DNA of 64,000 nt from Methanomassiliicoccaceae archaeon. GTDB lineage: Archaea; Thermoplasmatota; Thermoplasmata; Methanomassiliicoccales; Methanomethylophilaceae. The notes under the pieces are model-generated. The model worked only from the letters and a program-made list of their open reading frames with translations. It was not told the DNA's origin and ran no database searches. This document shows, in pieces, positions 52,244-62,547 of the stretch (positions are counted from its first letter, which is position 1; each line of letters begins with the position of its first letter). The stretch spans positions 2,920 through 66,919 of the forward strand of contig PWNH01000132.1 in the NCBI GenBank assembly GCA_003557905.1. The letters are read 5' to 3'. The position numbers and the translations under genes are program-made.

Positions 52244-53776
52244 ATGGTGAAGAAGGAGAGCGCCGGCGTTACAATGGGTCGTAAGTCCTTCCTCATAATG
52301 GGTTCCAACGTCCTGGCGGCGATGATCGGTTTCGTCGCCCTCACCACCATGACACGATACGTGGGTGACGCCTACGGCAGTCTCATGTGGGCGATGGCCT
52401 TCGCGGCCACGTTCAACGCCATCTCTGACCTCGGGTTCTCCTCCGCCAACGTCAAGAGGATATCGGAGGGGCAGGACGTAAACGACTGTTTCTCCACCTT
52501 CATCATCGTCAAGATGGCGCTCACGGCGGTGATGATGACCGCCACCATCGGCTTCTTCCTGGTATACATCTTCGTCCTCGGCAACCAGATCTACACCGCC
52601 AGCATCTACACCCTGTTGTTGTTCGTGCTCTATTGGGGCTTGTGCAACATGTCAGGGGTTTTCACATCCCTGTTCAAGGCCCGCAAGGAGATATCGAAGT
52701 CGGAGTCCATCCATCTCATCGACCCTCTGCTGCGGGCGCCGGTGATAGTGATATTCGCTTTGCAGGGAGCGTCGGCGACCTATCTGGCCTTGGCCTATGT
52801 CCTCGGTGCGATGGCCATGGTGTTGGTAGGCATCCTCCTCCTCAGGCGCAGCGGGATACGTTTCGTGCGACCGACCTTGTTCCGCAACTATCTGCGTTTC
52901 GCCCTGCCGCTTTCGGGTATCGTGTTCCTCAGCGCATTGCTGGTTAACCTGGACGTCCTCCTGCTCGGTTTCTTCTGGAATGCCACCGAGGTCGGTTACT
53001 TCGCCTCCTCCTACAAGCTACTGGAACTGGTTCTTACATTCGGTGCGGCCATCAACACCCTGCTCTTCCCCAGCATCTCGGAGTGGCATGCCCTCGGCGA
53101 CATGGAGCGCATCCGCGACATCAGTTCCGAGGCGCAGCGTTTCATCTCCATGTTGGCGATGCCGATCGCCGTTTTCCTCTTCATTTTCGCCTATCCGGTT
53201 GCAGGAATAGTCTTCGGCGACGGCTTCGTCGGTGCCGGAGGGCCGCTGACGGTGATGTCGCTGATGCTCTACATCATACTGATCATGGGCGTGCAGAGTC
53301 AGGTGATAATCGGCTGCAACCGACCCGACCTGACAGCAAAGACGCAGATCGTGGTGCTGGGGATGAGGGTTATGCTGCTGATCGTGTTCGTACCCACCTC
53401 GTTCTTCGGCATACCCATGCTGGAACTGAAGGCCGCCGGCGCCGCCATGGCGGGCCTGGTGTCCTGGATCGCCTATGCGGTCATCGTCGAGATGTTCACC
53501 CGCCGCATCGCCGGGATAAGCATCTACCGCGGCATCGGCCTGCATATCATCGGCGGAGGCATCACCGCCCTGGCGATGGTCTCCTTGGCACAGGTCCTGC
53601 CGATGACCGGATTCCTGACCATGCTGTTCCTGGCAGCCGTCACCATGGGCCTTTTCCTGACCATGATGTTCATCGTCAAGGAGCTCCGCCGGAATGACAT
53701 CAGGATGATAGCCAATGCTTTGGACCCCCGCAAGATGCTCTCTTACATACGGGAGGAGATAGGGGAGCGGGACTGA
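52244..53776 (+). CDS. Polysaccharide/oligosaccharide flippase (MOP superfamily, Wzx-like)
   Basis: About 510 aa, 12 or more hydrophobic segments, polysaccharide-biosynthesis-protein pattern. Start uncertain (ATG at 52229, 52244 or 52274). Confidence 0.75.
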   Translation: MVKKESAGVTMGRKSFLIMGSNVLAAMIGFVALTTMTRYVGDAYGSLMWAMAFAATFNAISDLGFSSANVKRISEGQDVNDCFSTFIIVKMALTAVMMTATIGFFLVYIFVLGNQIYTASIYTLLLFVLYWGLCNMSGVFTSLFKARKEISKSESIHLIDPLLRAPVIVIFALQGASATYLALAYVLGAMAMVLVGILLLRRSGIRFVRPTLFRNYLRFALPLSGIVFLSALLVNLDVLLLGFFWNATEVGYFASSYKLLELVLTFGAAINTLLFPSISEWHALGDMERIRDISSEAQRFISMLAMPIAVFLFIFAYPVAGIVFGDGFVGAGGPLTVMSLMLYIILIMGVQSQVIIGCNRPDLTAKTQIVVLGMRVMLLIVFVPTSFFGIPMLELKAAGAAMAGLVSWIAYAVIVEMFTRRIAGISIYRGIGLHIIGGGITALAMVSLAQVLPMTGFLTMLFLAAVTMGLFLTMMFIVKELRRNDIRMIANALDPRKMLSYIREEIGERD

Positions 53777-53789
53777 GTTCGGTACATGA

Positions 53790-53798
53790 TTTATAAAA
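53790..53798 (+). promoter_or_regulatory. TATA box (TTTATAAAA) for the glycosyltransferase genes
   Basis: Ends 16 nt upstream of the ATG ATG at 53815-53820, which is compatible with a leaderless transcript. Confidence 0.4.
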
Positions 53799-53814
53799 AA
53801 ACGGAGATGGGTGG

Positions 53815-54615
53815 ATGATGTTGGTATCCGTTGTGCTCAAGGTCCGCAACGAGGAGCATTGCATCAGCGATGCCTTGGATTCGCTGGTGGTTCAGGAGGG
53901 GCCTTTGGAGATAATAATCGTCGATGGTTCCAGCACCGACCGTACCCGGGAGATAATCGAAGGGTACCAGCAGGTGTTCGGTTTCATCCATCTGTACAAG
54001 GCGGGAAGGAACCGCGCCGAAAGCCTGAACCACGGGCTGCGGAGAGCGAAGGGCGATATCATCGCCCTCACCGATGGCGACTGCATCGCCAACCCCAACT
54101 GGTTGAGGGAGATGCGCCGTTCCATCGTCGAGGACGGCCACGACCTGGTCGCCGGTCGCAGCGTTTCCCTAGGTCTGCGCGCCTGGGAGGAGTTGGCCCG
54201 CGTCGAGCTGTACAACCAGGGCTTTGATTGCAGCTGGCCGGGTTGCAACCTTGCCTACCGTCGTGAGGTGTATGAGAAAGTGGGCGACGTCGATCCGTGG
54301 TTCATAACCGCCGAGGACATCGACTACAACATCCGCGCCACCGATGCCGGCTTCAACATACATCACAACCCTGAGGCGATCATTTACAACCGCACCCGCA
54401 ACACGGTCTACGGTTTCGTGAACCAGGCGTTCTGGAACGGTGCCGGCCGCAAACAACTGAACATCAAGTACGAAGGCCGGCTCTGGCACAAGTACAACCC
54501 CATCAACATGCTCACCGAGAGGAAGATGACGTTCTGGTACATGGTGAGGATCGGCGCCGCGGGTATGGGTTACATCGGCTTCAAGTACTTCGGCGCCAAG
54601 AAGATGCTTCAGTAA
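53815..54615 (+). CDS. Glycosyltransferase family 2
   Basis: 266 aa. VSVVLKVRNEE, IIIVDGSSTDRT, and LTDGDC (DxD) of the GT-A fold. Confidence 0.85.
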   Translation: MMLVSVVLKVRNEEHCISDALDSLVVQEGPLEIIIVDGSSTDRTREIIEGYQQVFGFIHLYKAGRNRAESLNHGLRRAKGDIIALTDGDCIANPNWLREMRRSIVEDGHDLVAGRSVSLGLRAWEELARVELYNQGFDCSWPGCNLAYRREVYEKVGDVDPWFITAEDIDYNIRATDAGFNIHHNPEAIIYNRTRNTVYGFVNQAFWNGAGRKQLNIKYEGRLWHKYNPINMLTERKMTFWYMVRIGAAGMGYIGFKYFGAKKMLQ

Positions 54616-54657
54616 CTGTTAACTAATCCCAGCGGTATTGCCAGGCGAGGATTTTCT

Positions 54658-55341
54658 GTGAAGGTGTCAGTGATCATACCCACCATGAACGAGGCCGAGT
54701 CCATCGGAGAGGTGCTGGACCAGATAGATGCAGCCTTCTCCGCCAGTGACCTCGAGTACGAGGCGATGATCGTGGACACCTCGTCCACCGATGGTACCCC
54801 GGAGATCGCCAGGTCAAAGGGCGCCAGGGTCGTCGACGAACCGAGAAGGGGGTACGGTGTCGCCTACAAGACCGGCTTCGCCGCCGCTGACGGTGACATA
54901 TTCGCAACACTGGACGCCGACTGCACCTATCCGGCGGAGATCATCCCCGACCTGTGCAGAAAATTGATCGACGAGGATCTGGAGTTCATCACCACCAACC
55001 GCTTCGGGGACCTTGAGGAGGGCGCGATGAGCCCCATGCACCGTTTCGGAAACTGGGTGTTGACTTTCACCACCAACCTTCTCTTCCGCATCAGGATCAA
55101 GGATTCGCAGAGCGGTATGTGGGTGTTTTTCCCTGAGGTTCTGGACAGGTTCGAGCTGAACTCGGACGGCATGCCCCTGTCGGAGGAGATAAAGATCGAA
55201 GCGATGCGCAAGGCCCGTGCCGTCGAGGTCCCGATAAGCTACCGCCGTCGCGTCGGGGATGTGAAACTGTCATCCTGGAAGGACGGCGGCGAGGATTTCT
55301 TCTATCTGTGGAGGAAAAGGTTCCTCAGACCAAAGGCCTGA
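54658..55341 (+). CDS. Glycosyltransferase family 2, dolichyl-phosphate glycosyltransferase-like (Dpm1/AglD-like)
   Basis: 227 aa. VSVIIPTMNEAESI, MIVDTSSTDGTPEIA, TLDADCTYP. GTG start with GAGGA upstream. Confidence 0.85.
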   Translation: MKVSVIIPTMNEAESIGEVLDQIDAAFSASDLEYEAMIVDTSSTDGTPEIARSKGARVVDEPRRGYGVAYKTGFAAADGDIFATLDADCTYPAEIIPDLCRKLIDEDLEFITTNRFGDLEEGAMSPMHRFGNWVLTFTTNLLFRIRIKDSQSGMWVFFPEVLDRFELNSDGMPLSEEIKIEAMRKARAVEVPISYRRRVGDVKLSSWKDGGEDFFYLWRKRFLRPKA

Positions 55342-55855
55342 TGGAACGTATGGTCTCCCGGAGACCCTCCCGGGCCTCCTTGCGGTAGATGCAGGCGGCG
55401 GGATGGTAGGTGGGTATCAGAAGTATCTCACGCCCGCACACGTCGATCGTGAGTCTTTTATTGGCAATGTCCTTCATCGGTTCGGTGAGGCCGGCGAGGG
55501 AGCGGCATGCCGACCGCCCCAGGGCGACGATGGCATCACAGTCCTGCAGTTCCGCCATCAGGAAGGGGCGGCAGGCGACCATCTCATCCGCTGTTGGATC
55601 GCGATTGCCAGGCGGGCGGCACTTGACGGTGTTCGTTATCCTTATCGACGACCTGTCCACACCCTCTTCCGCCAACATCTTGTCGAGGAGCTTCCCGGAA
55701 CGACCGACGAACGGCGTCCCGCTGAGGTCCTCCTTCTCCCCCGGGGCCTCGCCCACGAAACACACCTTTGAGGAAGGGTCGCCACAGGGGAGCACCATCA
55801 TGGTGCGCCCGGAATGAAGACCGCAGAGCCTGCAGTCCCTCTCAGGCCTCATCAC
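55325..55855 (-). CDS. udg: Uracil-DNA glycosylase, family 4 (4Fe-4S type)
   Basis: 176 aa. CRLC, FVGEAPGEKEDLSGTPFVGRSGKLLD, HPAA motifs. The 3' end overlaps the convergent GT2 gene by 17 nt. Confidence 0.85.
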   Translation of the reverse strand: MMRPERDCRLCGLHSGRTMMVLPCGDPSSKVCFVGEAPGEKEDLSGTPFVGRSGKLLDKMLAEEGVDRSSIRITNTVKCRPPGNRDPTADEMVACRPFLMAELQDCDAIVALGRSACRSLAGLTEPMKDIANKRLTIDVCGREILLIPTYHPAACIYRKEAREGLRETIRSIRPLV

Positions 55856-56373
55856 TTCTGCAGAAGGCGGCTGGCGGTCAGGAGTGCCTCCAGCCTCAGG
55901 CCCTCAGCGGCCAGGGCCTCCCTGCCGCCTGCCTCGCGGTCTATCACCGTCAGGACGGTGTCCACCACCGCACCGTGCTCCCGCAGCTGCTTCACAGCGG
56001 ATATCACCGATCCGGCGGAGGTTATTACATCCTCCACCACCAGCACGCGCATGCCCTCTCCAAGGTCGCCTTCCACCGTGGAACCGGTACCATGGCCTTT
56101 CCTCTCCTTGCGGACCATCAGCAAGGGTATGCCGGTTCGCAGGGAGAGGGCGGTCGCCAATGGTATGGAACCGAGGACGACGCCGGCCACACGGTCGGGC
56201 CTAGGTCCGGAATCCAGCACCTCTGCCATCTCGTCAGCGATGACCGAGAGGACGTCGGGGCGGGTGCTGGCCTTCTTTATGTCAACGTAATAATCGCTCT
56301 TCTCGCCGGATGCGAGGGTGAACTCCCCGAAACGCAGGGCGCCGCAGTCCTTCAAAGCATTCTCCAGCATCAT
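55852..56373 (-). CDS. pyrE: Orotate phosphoribosyltransferase
   Basis: 173 aa. FGEFTLASGEKSDYYVD, and VLVVEDVITSAGS PRPP-binding loop. Confidence 0.9.
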   Translation of the reverse strand: MMLENALKDCGALRFGEFTLASGEKSDYYVDIKKASTRPDVLSVIADEMAEVLDSGPRPDRVAGVVLGSIPLATALSLRTGIPLLMVRKERKGHGTGSTVEGDLGEGMRVLVVEDVITSAGSVISAVKQLREHGAVVDTVLTVIDREAGGREALAAEGLRLEALLTASRLLQK

Positions 56374-56377
56374 GATC

Positions 56378-56950
56378 TCACCACGGTACGTCCTTCTTCC
56401 CCATGCGATAGCCGAGGATGTTCATTCCCCGGTGTAGAAGCGGTGTGATCACCAGGAGGGTTATCAGAGCCATGATGTTCCAGCCCTCGATATAGGATGT
56501 GAAGAACCAGGACGGGTAGGCGATGGCCACCAGGACGAACGCCCCGATGAGGAAGTCGTACTGATCGAGAATGGGCATCTTGGCCCCACGGGGGACGTCC
56601 AACCGTCTCTTGACGAAAGAACCGAGCATGTCACCCAGCAACGAACCGACGGCCAGAACCACGATCACGCCCAAGGCCTGTCCGATGGGGCCGTAGCCGC
56701 CGTTGTCCCCCCAACCCGCCAAGGAGGATATGCCCAGCATCACCAGTCCAAGGAGTACGCCTGCCCCGGCGCCGCCGAGGAATCCCCTCCATGTCTTGCC
56801 GTCACCGAGCAGGCGTCTTCCCTTCCAGCTCCTGCCGAGATCCACCGGCGTCCCGCCGCCGGTCAGGACCGCGGCGGAGTTGGGCAGCATGGCAGGGAGT
56901 GCGAGCCAGAATCCACTGGCGGCGATGATGACGGCCTCGGCCAATTCCAT
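56378..56950 (-). CDS. carS: CDP-archaeol synthase (CarS, DUF46 family)
   Basis: 190 aa from ATG at 56948-56950. LPNSAAVLTGGGTPVDLG...GDGKTWRGFLGG and LGSFVKRRL motifs. An archaeal lipid marker. Confidence 0.8.
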   Translation of the reverse strand: MELAEAVIIAASGFWLALPAMLPNSAAVLTGGGTPVDLGRSWKGRRLLGDGKTWRGFLGGAGAGVLLGLVMLGISSLAGWGDNGGYGPIGQALGVIVVLAVGSLLGDMLGSFVKRRLDVPRGAKMPILDQYDFLIGAFVLVAIAYPSWFFTSYIEGWNIMALITLLVITPLLHRGMNILGYRMGKKDVPW

Positions 56951-56960
56951 GGCCAGGTCA

Positions 56961-58862
56961 TCAGGTAGCACGATTATTAACCTTTCCCGCTGAGAAGAAG
57001 GTCTTGACAGCACCGACCGGGTCCGCGGAAGGCATCGATTCCAATTGGCCCAAGGCGGCGGCGCGGTTGTCGAGTATCACTATCGCCCCCCTGTCCGTCT
57101 CGGAGCGTATGACGCGGCCCATGGCCTGCCTCATCTTACGAAGGGTGGGGGCCTTCATCACATACTCCCAACCTTTGCGGAACCTCATGTCGTAATAGGT
57201 GAGCAACGCTTGATTGCGGGCCGAAGGCCGGGGATAGGGTATTCCGACCAGCACCGCCATCTCCATATCGGAATCGGGGAAGTCGAGGCCTTCGGATATC
57301 CTGCCGCCGTATACGGCGAAAAGAACCGCGCCCTCCGCTTTCCTGAACCGCTCCACCGTCTCCATCAACTCGACCTGTGCCATTCCCTTAACTTCGATAT
57401 GGACCTCACTCTTCATCCTCTTGACCACACCGTCGCGGATGAACCGTTCCATCATCATGTAGGAAGGGAAGAACACCGCGGTGTTCCTGCATGTCGAGTC
57501 GCAGAGCTCGACCACATAATCCTGTATCCGGCGGGTGGTGTCCCGGTCCCTCTGCAGCACCTCGTACTTCGTGGTCACGTCCTCAGCATGCAGCACCAGT
57601 CGGTTCTCGGGCGGGAATGGGCTCTTGAAGTATCGGGCGGTGGCCTCTTCGCCCAGTCCGAGGGAGTCACGGTATTCGGTTATGGGCTCCAATGTGCCGG
57701 ACATGTGGATGCTGGCATGGCAGTTGAGCAGCGGCTCAGCAGCCAAGGACGGGTCGAGGCAGTAGCATTGCAGGGAAAGGTTCTCCCCTCCGGTCACCAC
57801 TTTCACATAATGCCTCTCGTCCAGGGAGGCGAAGGTCTGCAGGAACGAGCCTAGTATCAGCATATAGGAACGCGGCAGGCGGCCGCTCTCCTTGCGGGAC
57901 TCCCTCACGGTCTCACCGTGGTCGCAGAGGTTGCGGTACATCCTCTCCAAGGAGTTGGAGCTGGTGCGCAGCTCCATCATCATGCCGGTGGTGAGAAGGT
58001 CAGGCGGGATCAATCCGTCCTCGTCACGCAGATAGTCCTCGGCGGCCTCCATGATCTTCTCCTCGACGATGTCCGCTATGTCGAGAGCGGACACTCCGTT
58101 CATGACCTCCGGGTCGCCGAACTCCTCCACCTCCGCACGCAGCATGCGCAGGTGATAGAGGCTGAGGGATGACGTCCACACCTCGCGGAGATAGTCGGGG
58201 AGGTTGTGAGCCTCGTCCACGATGACCACCACCTCCTCCATCGAGGCGTTCATCCAATACAGGAAACGGTCGCGGATGAAGGGGACGAAGAAATAATTGT
58301 AAGGGGCGACGACCACATCGGCGTGGGGCAGCATGAGTTTCATCATCTCGTAGGGGCAGGCCCCTCTCTCGGCGCATATGGCCACGAACTCCTCCACCTG
58401 AGGCATCCGTTCACGGCAGATGGCGAGCATCTCCTCCTCGTCGAATTCCAGGCATTTGCGGTAGTACTCGCAGCCACCCTCGCCGGCCATGGCCTTGCGC
58501 TTCTGCTCCCCGCAGTATTTGGACAGCTCCTCGGAACTGCCCTTGCTCAACTCCTCGTCGGAGGCCGCCAGCGGACAGGTTGAGTTCCTGCCCTGGATGC
58601 CCATCGCCAGAACGTTCTCCTTCTCGGATATGCGCCGAGCCTCGATGATCACCTGGCGCTGTTGGGATTTGGTACGTGTCAGGTACACGACCCTCTTGCC
58701 CATCTCCAGGGAGGCCTCGAGGGCGCCCGCGAGTGAGCACACCGTCTTCCCGGTGCCGGTGCCGCTCTCCAGAACTAGATGGCCAGCCCCCCGGACCGTT
58801 CCGCGGACCAGGGAGACGAACTCCTCCTGCTGGTCACGGGGAGGGTAGGGGAAAAGACGCAT
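56961..58862 (-). CDS. xpd: XPD/Rad3-family 5'-3' DNA helicase with Fe-S domain
   Basis: 633 aa. ESGTGTGKT Walker A; four Cys of the Fe-S domain (CPL..., CGEQ, CEYY, CLEF); DEAHNL; C-terminal GRVIRSETDRG. Confidence 0.9.
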   Translation of the reverse strand: MRLFPYPPRDQQEEFVSLVRGTVRGAGHLVLESGTGTGKTVCSLAGALEASLEMGKRVVYLTRTKSQQRQVIIEARRISEKENVLAMGIQGRNSTCPLAASDEELSKGSSEELSKYCGEQKRKAMAGEGGCEYYRKCLEFDEEEMLAICRERMPQVEEFVAICAERGACPYEMMKLMLPHADVVVAPYNYFFVPFIRDRFLYWMNASMEEVVVIVDEAHNLPDYLREVWTSSLSLYHLRMLRAEVEEFGDPEVMNGVSALDIADIVEEKIMEAAEDYLRDEDGLIPPDLLTTGMMMELRTSSNSLERMYRNLCDHGETVRESRKESGRLPRSYMLILGSFLQTFASLDERHYVKVVTGGENLSLQCYCLDPSLAAEPLLNCHASIHMSGTLEPITEYRDSLGLGEEATARYFKSPFPPENRLVLHAEDVTTKYEVLQRDRDTTRRIQDYVVELCDSTCRNTAVFFPSYMMMERFIRDGVVKRMKSEVHIEVKGMAQVELMETVERFRKAEGAVLFAVYGGRISEGLDFPDSDMEMAVLVGIPYPRPSARNQALLTYYDMRFRKGWEYVMKAPTLRKMRQAMGRVIRSETDRGAIVILDNRAAALGQLESMPSADPVGAVKTFFSAGKVNNRAT

Positions 58863-58920
58863 GGCTATCAGAGATAATTGTGTTTAAGAAGGGGTTTTCT
58901 AAGAGTTCGGTGAAACTGGA

Positions 58921-59373
58921 TCACTCGCGGGTCCAGAACTCTTCCGGTATGTCATCGTATATGGAGTCCTGACCCCTGATGACTTCGCCCGTATCGTCGC
59001 TCCTTCCCAGGAGGTCGAGGATGCGGTCACGGCGGAACAGCCAATAGTGGATACGCCATTCCCTGCCGTCGTAGAGGGTGGTCTCCTCCCTCTCGGTTGT
59101 TAGAATACCAGTGTCCTCGAGCATGTAGAAAGCGTCACGGTCCTCGGGCTCGAGCATGTTATCGATGATGCGGTCAGAATATCCGAAGAAGTTGAGAATG
59201 TGTTGGGCGAGATGCTCGGCCTCCTCGGCTGGCATTCCGCGGGTGTCTATTCCGTTTCTTATGGCCATGGTTAGATCGTCTGCTGTCAAAGTGGTTCGTT
59301 TCGACAGATCTACCATGAACTCCTGCTCTACAGCATTTTCTAGTGTCGTTTTTTCATTCAAGGTAAATTCCAT
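58921..59373 (-). CDS. Acidic hypothetical protein (150 aa) upstream of xpd
   Basis: Coding-like composition. YDGREWRIHYWLFRRDRI core. No family assignable from memory. Confidence 0.5.
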   Translation of the reverse strand: MEFTLNEKTTLENAVEQEFMVDLSKRTTLTADDLTMAIRNGIDTRGMPAEEAEHLAQHILNFFGYSDRIIDNMLEPEDRDAFYMLEDTGILTTEREETTLYDGREWRIHYWLFRRDRILDLLGRSDDTGEVIRGQDSIYDDIPEEFWTRE

Positions 59374-59503
59374 AGTGTTTCCTCCTGAGAATTCAGAAAT
59401 CGTAGATGATAGACGTTTGATTGCAGTTATTTAAAGGTTATTGTGTCCGTATCTTCTAAGGATAACGAAAAATTGCTAAAACGCGGAGTGCGTTGGCATA
59501 CCT

Positions 59504-59791
59504 ATGATCGCATCTTTCAGCATCGTTCCGTTGGACAAGGGCGAGAGCGTCAGCGAACAGGTCGCCGAGTGCCTGCGAATTGTCAGAGAGAGTGGTTTGG
59601 CCCACCGCCTAACACCGATGTCCACCGTCATCGAGGGAGAAGCGGGGGAGGTGATGGCGACCATCATGCGCTGCCATGAGGCAGTTAGGTCGGCCTCGAA
59701 GCGGGTGCTCACCCGCATCGACATCGATGACCGTGAAGGGGTCAGCGACGGCCTCGTCACCAAGATGAGGAGTGTGGAGTCCAAACTCTAA
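59504..59791 (+). CDS. MTH1187/YkoF-family (UPF0045) small ligand-binding protein
   Basis: 95 aa. MIASFSIVPLDKGESVSEQVAECLRIVRESGL...TPMSTVIEGE pattern. Confidence 0.75.
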   Translation: MIASFSIVPLDKGESVSEQVAECLRIVRESGLAHRLTPMSTVIEGEAGEVMATIMRCHEAVRSASKRVLTRIDIDDREGVSDGLVTKMRSVESKL

Positions 59792-61383
59792 CTCATATAG
59801 GTCCGCGTCTGCGACAGGCGTATGAAGCGGGCCTCCTCGAAACGGTCAAGGCTGTTTATCTCATCCATGACCTTCTCGGGAACGGCCTCGTCGACCGTCA
59901 TCAGCATCAGCGCGTTCTTCTCCTTGCCCTCACGGGCGACGACCATACCGGCGATGTTCACTTCGTTCTCGCCGAGCATGCGGCCTATCATGCCTATCAC
60001 GCCGGGACCGTCACGGTACACGGCCATGAGGAAGTCGGCGTCCAAGGGTATCTCGATGTTGTACTGGTCGATACCGACGATGCGGGCCTGCTGTCCCGGG
60101 AAAACGGTCCCGCGGACCTCGCGGGAGCTGTCGTTGCTGCCGATGCGCACGCTGATCATGTTGGTGTAGTGGTCGCACTCGTCGACCTTGGTCTCCACGA
60201 TCTTGATGCCCTTGCTCTTGGCGATGGACTCGGCGTTGATTATGTTGGTGTTGTCGCCGACGATGTGGGACAGTACGCCTATCAGGGCGGAGAGGGTGAC
60301 CATGCGGGTGTTCTTGGATGCCAGCTCACCGTAGCATTTGACCTCCAGACGGTCGACGGGACCGCTGCGGCTCTGGAACGCGAAGGATCCCATGCTCTCC
60401 GCCAGGGAGACGAAGGGCTCGAGTTCCTTGTCCACCTGCCCGCGGGGGGCGTTGACGGCGTTGGATATGATACCGTCGCGCAGGAACATCAGCACATGCT
60501 CCGCCATCTCCACCGAGACCTTCTCCTGGGCCTCGATTGTGGATGCTCCCAGGTGAGGAGTGGTGATAAGGTTGGGCAACTCGAGGAGCTTGCAGGGCTT
60601 GAGGGGCTCCTCGGCGAAAACGTCGAAGGCCGCCCCGGCGATGGTGCCGTTGGTAAGAGCGTCGGTGAGGGCGTCCTCGTTGACAATCCCTCCACGGGCC
60701 ACGTTGACGAGCAGCGCCTTCTTCTTCATCATGGCGAACTGCTCCTTGTCGATCATGTTCTTAGTCGAGGGGGTGAGGGGGGCGTGGACGGTGATGATGT
60801 CCGATTGCGATATGACCTCCTCCAAGGTCGTGAGTCTGACGCCCAGCTTCTCGGCGATGTCCTCGGGCAGGAAGGGGTCGTAACCGAGGAGCTTCATCTC
60901 GAAGGACGCGGCGCGCTTGGCCACCTCCGCACCGACACGGCCGACACCGACGATGCCCAGGGTCTTGCCGAAGAGCTCGACGCCGGTGAAGCGCTTCCTC
61001 TCCCACTTGCCCTCATGGACCGACTGGTGCGCCCATACGATGTTACGGGCCAGGGCCATCATCATCGCCAGGGAGTGCTCCGCCGCCGATATGATGTTGG
61101 CGGAGGGGGTGTTCATCACGAGTATCCCTTTGGCGGTCGCGGCGGGCACGTCGACGTTGTCGACACCGACGCCGGCACGTCCCACGACCTTCAGCTTCTT
61201 GCCGCATTCGATGATGCGGGCGGTGATGGTGGTGCCGCTGCGTATGATAACGCCCTCGTAGTCAGCGATTATATCGCAGAGTTCGTCCTCGCTCAATCCC
61301 GGTCTCACGTCCACGGGTATTCCCGATTCCTTGAGTATGTTGATACCTTCCTCGGAGAGAGGGTCGGTTACAAGCAGTTTCAT
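59788..61383 (-). CDS. serA: D-3-phosphoglycerate dehydrogenase (long form with ASB and ACT domains)
   Basis: 531 aa. GIVGVGRVGAEVA NAD site, VARGGIVNE, TPHLGAST, C-terminal ACT-like domain. Ends in TAG. Confidence 0.9.
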   Translation of the reverse strand: MKLLVTDPLSEEGINILKESGIPVDVRPGLSEDELCDIIADYEGVIIRSGTTITARIIECGKKLKVVGRAGVGVDNVDVPAATAKGILVMNTPSANIISAAEHSLAMMMALARNIVWAHQSVHEGKWERKRFTGVELFGKTLGIVGVGRVGAEVAKRAASFEMKLLGYDPFLPEDIAEKLGVRLTTLEEVISQSDIITVHAPLTPSTKNMIDKEQFAMMKKKALLVNVARGGIVNEDALTDALTNGTIAGAAFDVFAEEPLKPCKLLELPNLITTPHLGASTIEAQEKVSVEMAEHVLMFLRDGIISNAVNAPRGQVDKELEPFVSLAESMGSFAFQSRSGPVDRLEVKCYGELASKNTRMVTLSALIGVLSHIVGDNTNIINAESIAKSKGIKIVETKVDECDHYTNMISVRIGSNDSSREVRGTVFPGQQARIVGIDQYNIEIPLDADFLMAVYRDGPGVIGMIGRMLGENEVNIAGMVVAREGKEKNALMLMTVDEAVPEKVMDEINSLDRFEEARFIRLSQTRTYMS

Positions 61384-62444
61384 GCTAGTTCCTCCAGTGT
61401 CTCGTCCATCTTCTCGATGAGTTCCTTTATGTCGGCGACGGTCAGGTCGCCCATGTGACCTATGCGGAAGGTCGTCTCTTTAATCTTCCCATATCCGTTG
61501 GATATCTCGTAGCCCTTTTCCTTAAGGGTTGAATGGAAGGCGTCGAAGGGCATGTCGCCCTTGTTGATCACCGATATGGTGTCGGAACGGAAACCCTCCT
61601 TGGCATACAGTCCGTCACGTCCCTCCGCCCAGGAGTGCACCATGGCCTTCATCTCCTGATGGCGGCGGTAGCGGGCGGGCATGCCCTCGGCGAGCATGCG
61701 GTCCAGCTGCGCGTCCAGGCCGTACATCAATGAGACCGGCGGCGTGGTCAGGGCGTAGTTCTCGGCGTTCTTCTTATGCAGTTCGTTGAGGTTGAAGTAG
61801 AACCCGGCGTCCTTGGCGTCCTTGGACCTTTCCAACAGGCGCTCGGAGCAGGCCACCAGTGCTATACCGGGGGGAAGGGCCAATGCCTTCTGTGTCCCGA
61901 ATACAAGGGCGTCGATGTCCAGGGAACGGAGTTTCAGGTCGGTCCCGGCCACGGATGTGACGCCGTCGACCATCACCAGGGCGTCGCTGCGCTCCTTGAT
62001 GGCATCCACTATCTCAGCGGTGGGGTTGAGAACGCCGGTGGAGGATTCGTTGCTTACGAAGTGGACCGCATCGATGGAATCGTCGATGGCGTCCACGAAA
62101 TGATCGGGCATGATCGGCTGCCCCCACGGGGCCTCGGCCTTGACGACGGTCTTGCCGTTGGATTCGCTGATCTCCTGCCAGCGTTTACCGAAGGAGCCGT
62201 TGGATATCCCCAGGGCCTTGCTCTTCACACCGCAACGGGAACAACCCTCCAGCAGACCGCTGGCGGAGGATCCCACAAAGAGTACCTCCATATCGGTGTC
62301 CAGCACCTTCCGGGTCTTCTCAACAATGTTCTCGTGGAGTGTCTTGTACTCCTTGCCGCGATGGATGATCATAGGTTTGGACATGGCCTTGACCAATTCC
62401 TCCCTGACCTCCACGGGACCGACGGTGAACAGCCTGCGATTCAC
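61380..62444 (-). CDS. Class V aminotransferase (phosphoserine / serine-glyoxylate aminotransferase type)
   Basis: 354 aa. LFTVGPV start, and FGTQKALALPPG containing the PLP lysine. GTG start after GAAGGAGGG. Overlaps the serA start by 4 nt. Confidence 0.85.
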   Translation of the reverse strand: MNRRLFTVGPVEVREELVKAMSKPMIIHRGKEYKTLHENIVEKTRKVLDTDMEVLFVGSSASGLLEGCSRCGVKSKALGISNGSFGKRWQEISESNGKTVVKAEAPWGQPIMPDHFVDAIDDSIDAVHFVSNESSTGVLNPTAEIVDAIKERSDALVMVDGVTSVAGTDLKLRSLDIDALVFGTQKALALPPGIALVACSERLLERSKDAKDAGFYFNLNELHKKNAENYALTTPPVSLMYGLDAQLDRMLAEGMPARYRRHQEMKAMVHSWAEGRDGLYAKEGFRSDTISVINKGDMPFDAFHSTLKEKGYEISNGYGKIKETTFRIGHMGDLTVADIKELIEKMDETLEELA

Positions 62445-62547
62445 AACTACCCTCCTTCATCAGTGCCAGCCCTTGCGGGCGACGACTGTGCCCTAAATGT
62501 AGTGATGTTATAAAGTTTCCGACCGTAGCCACAGGGTATCGGGAGGT

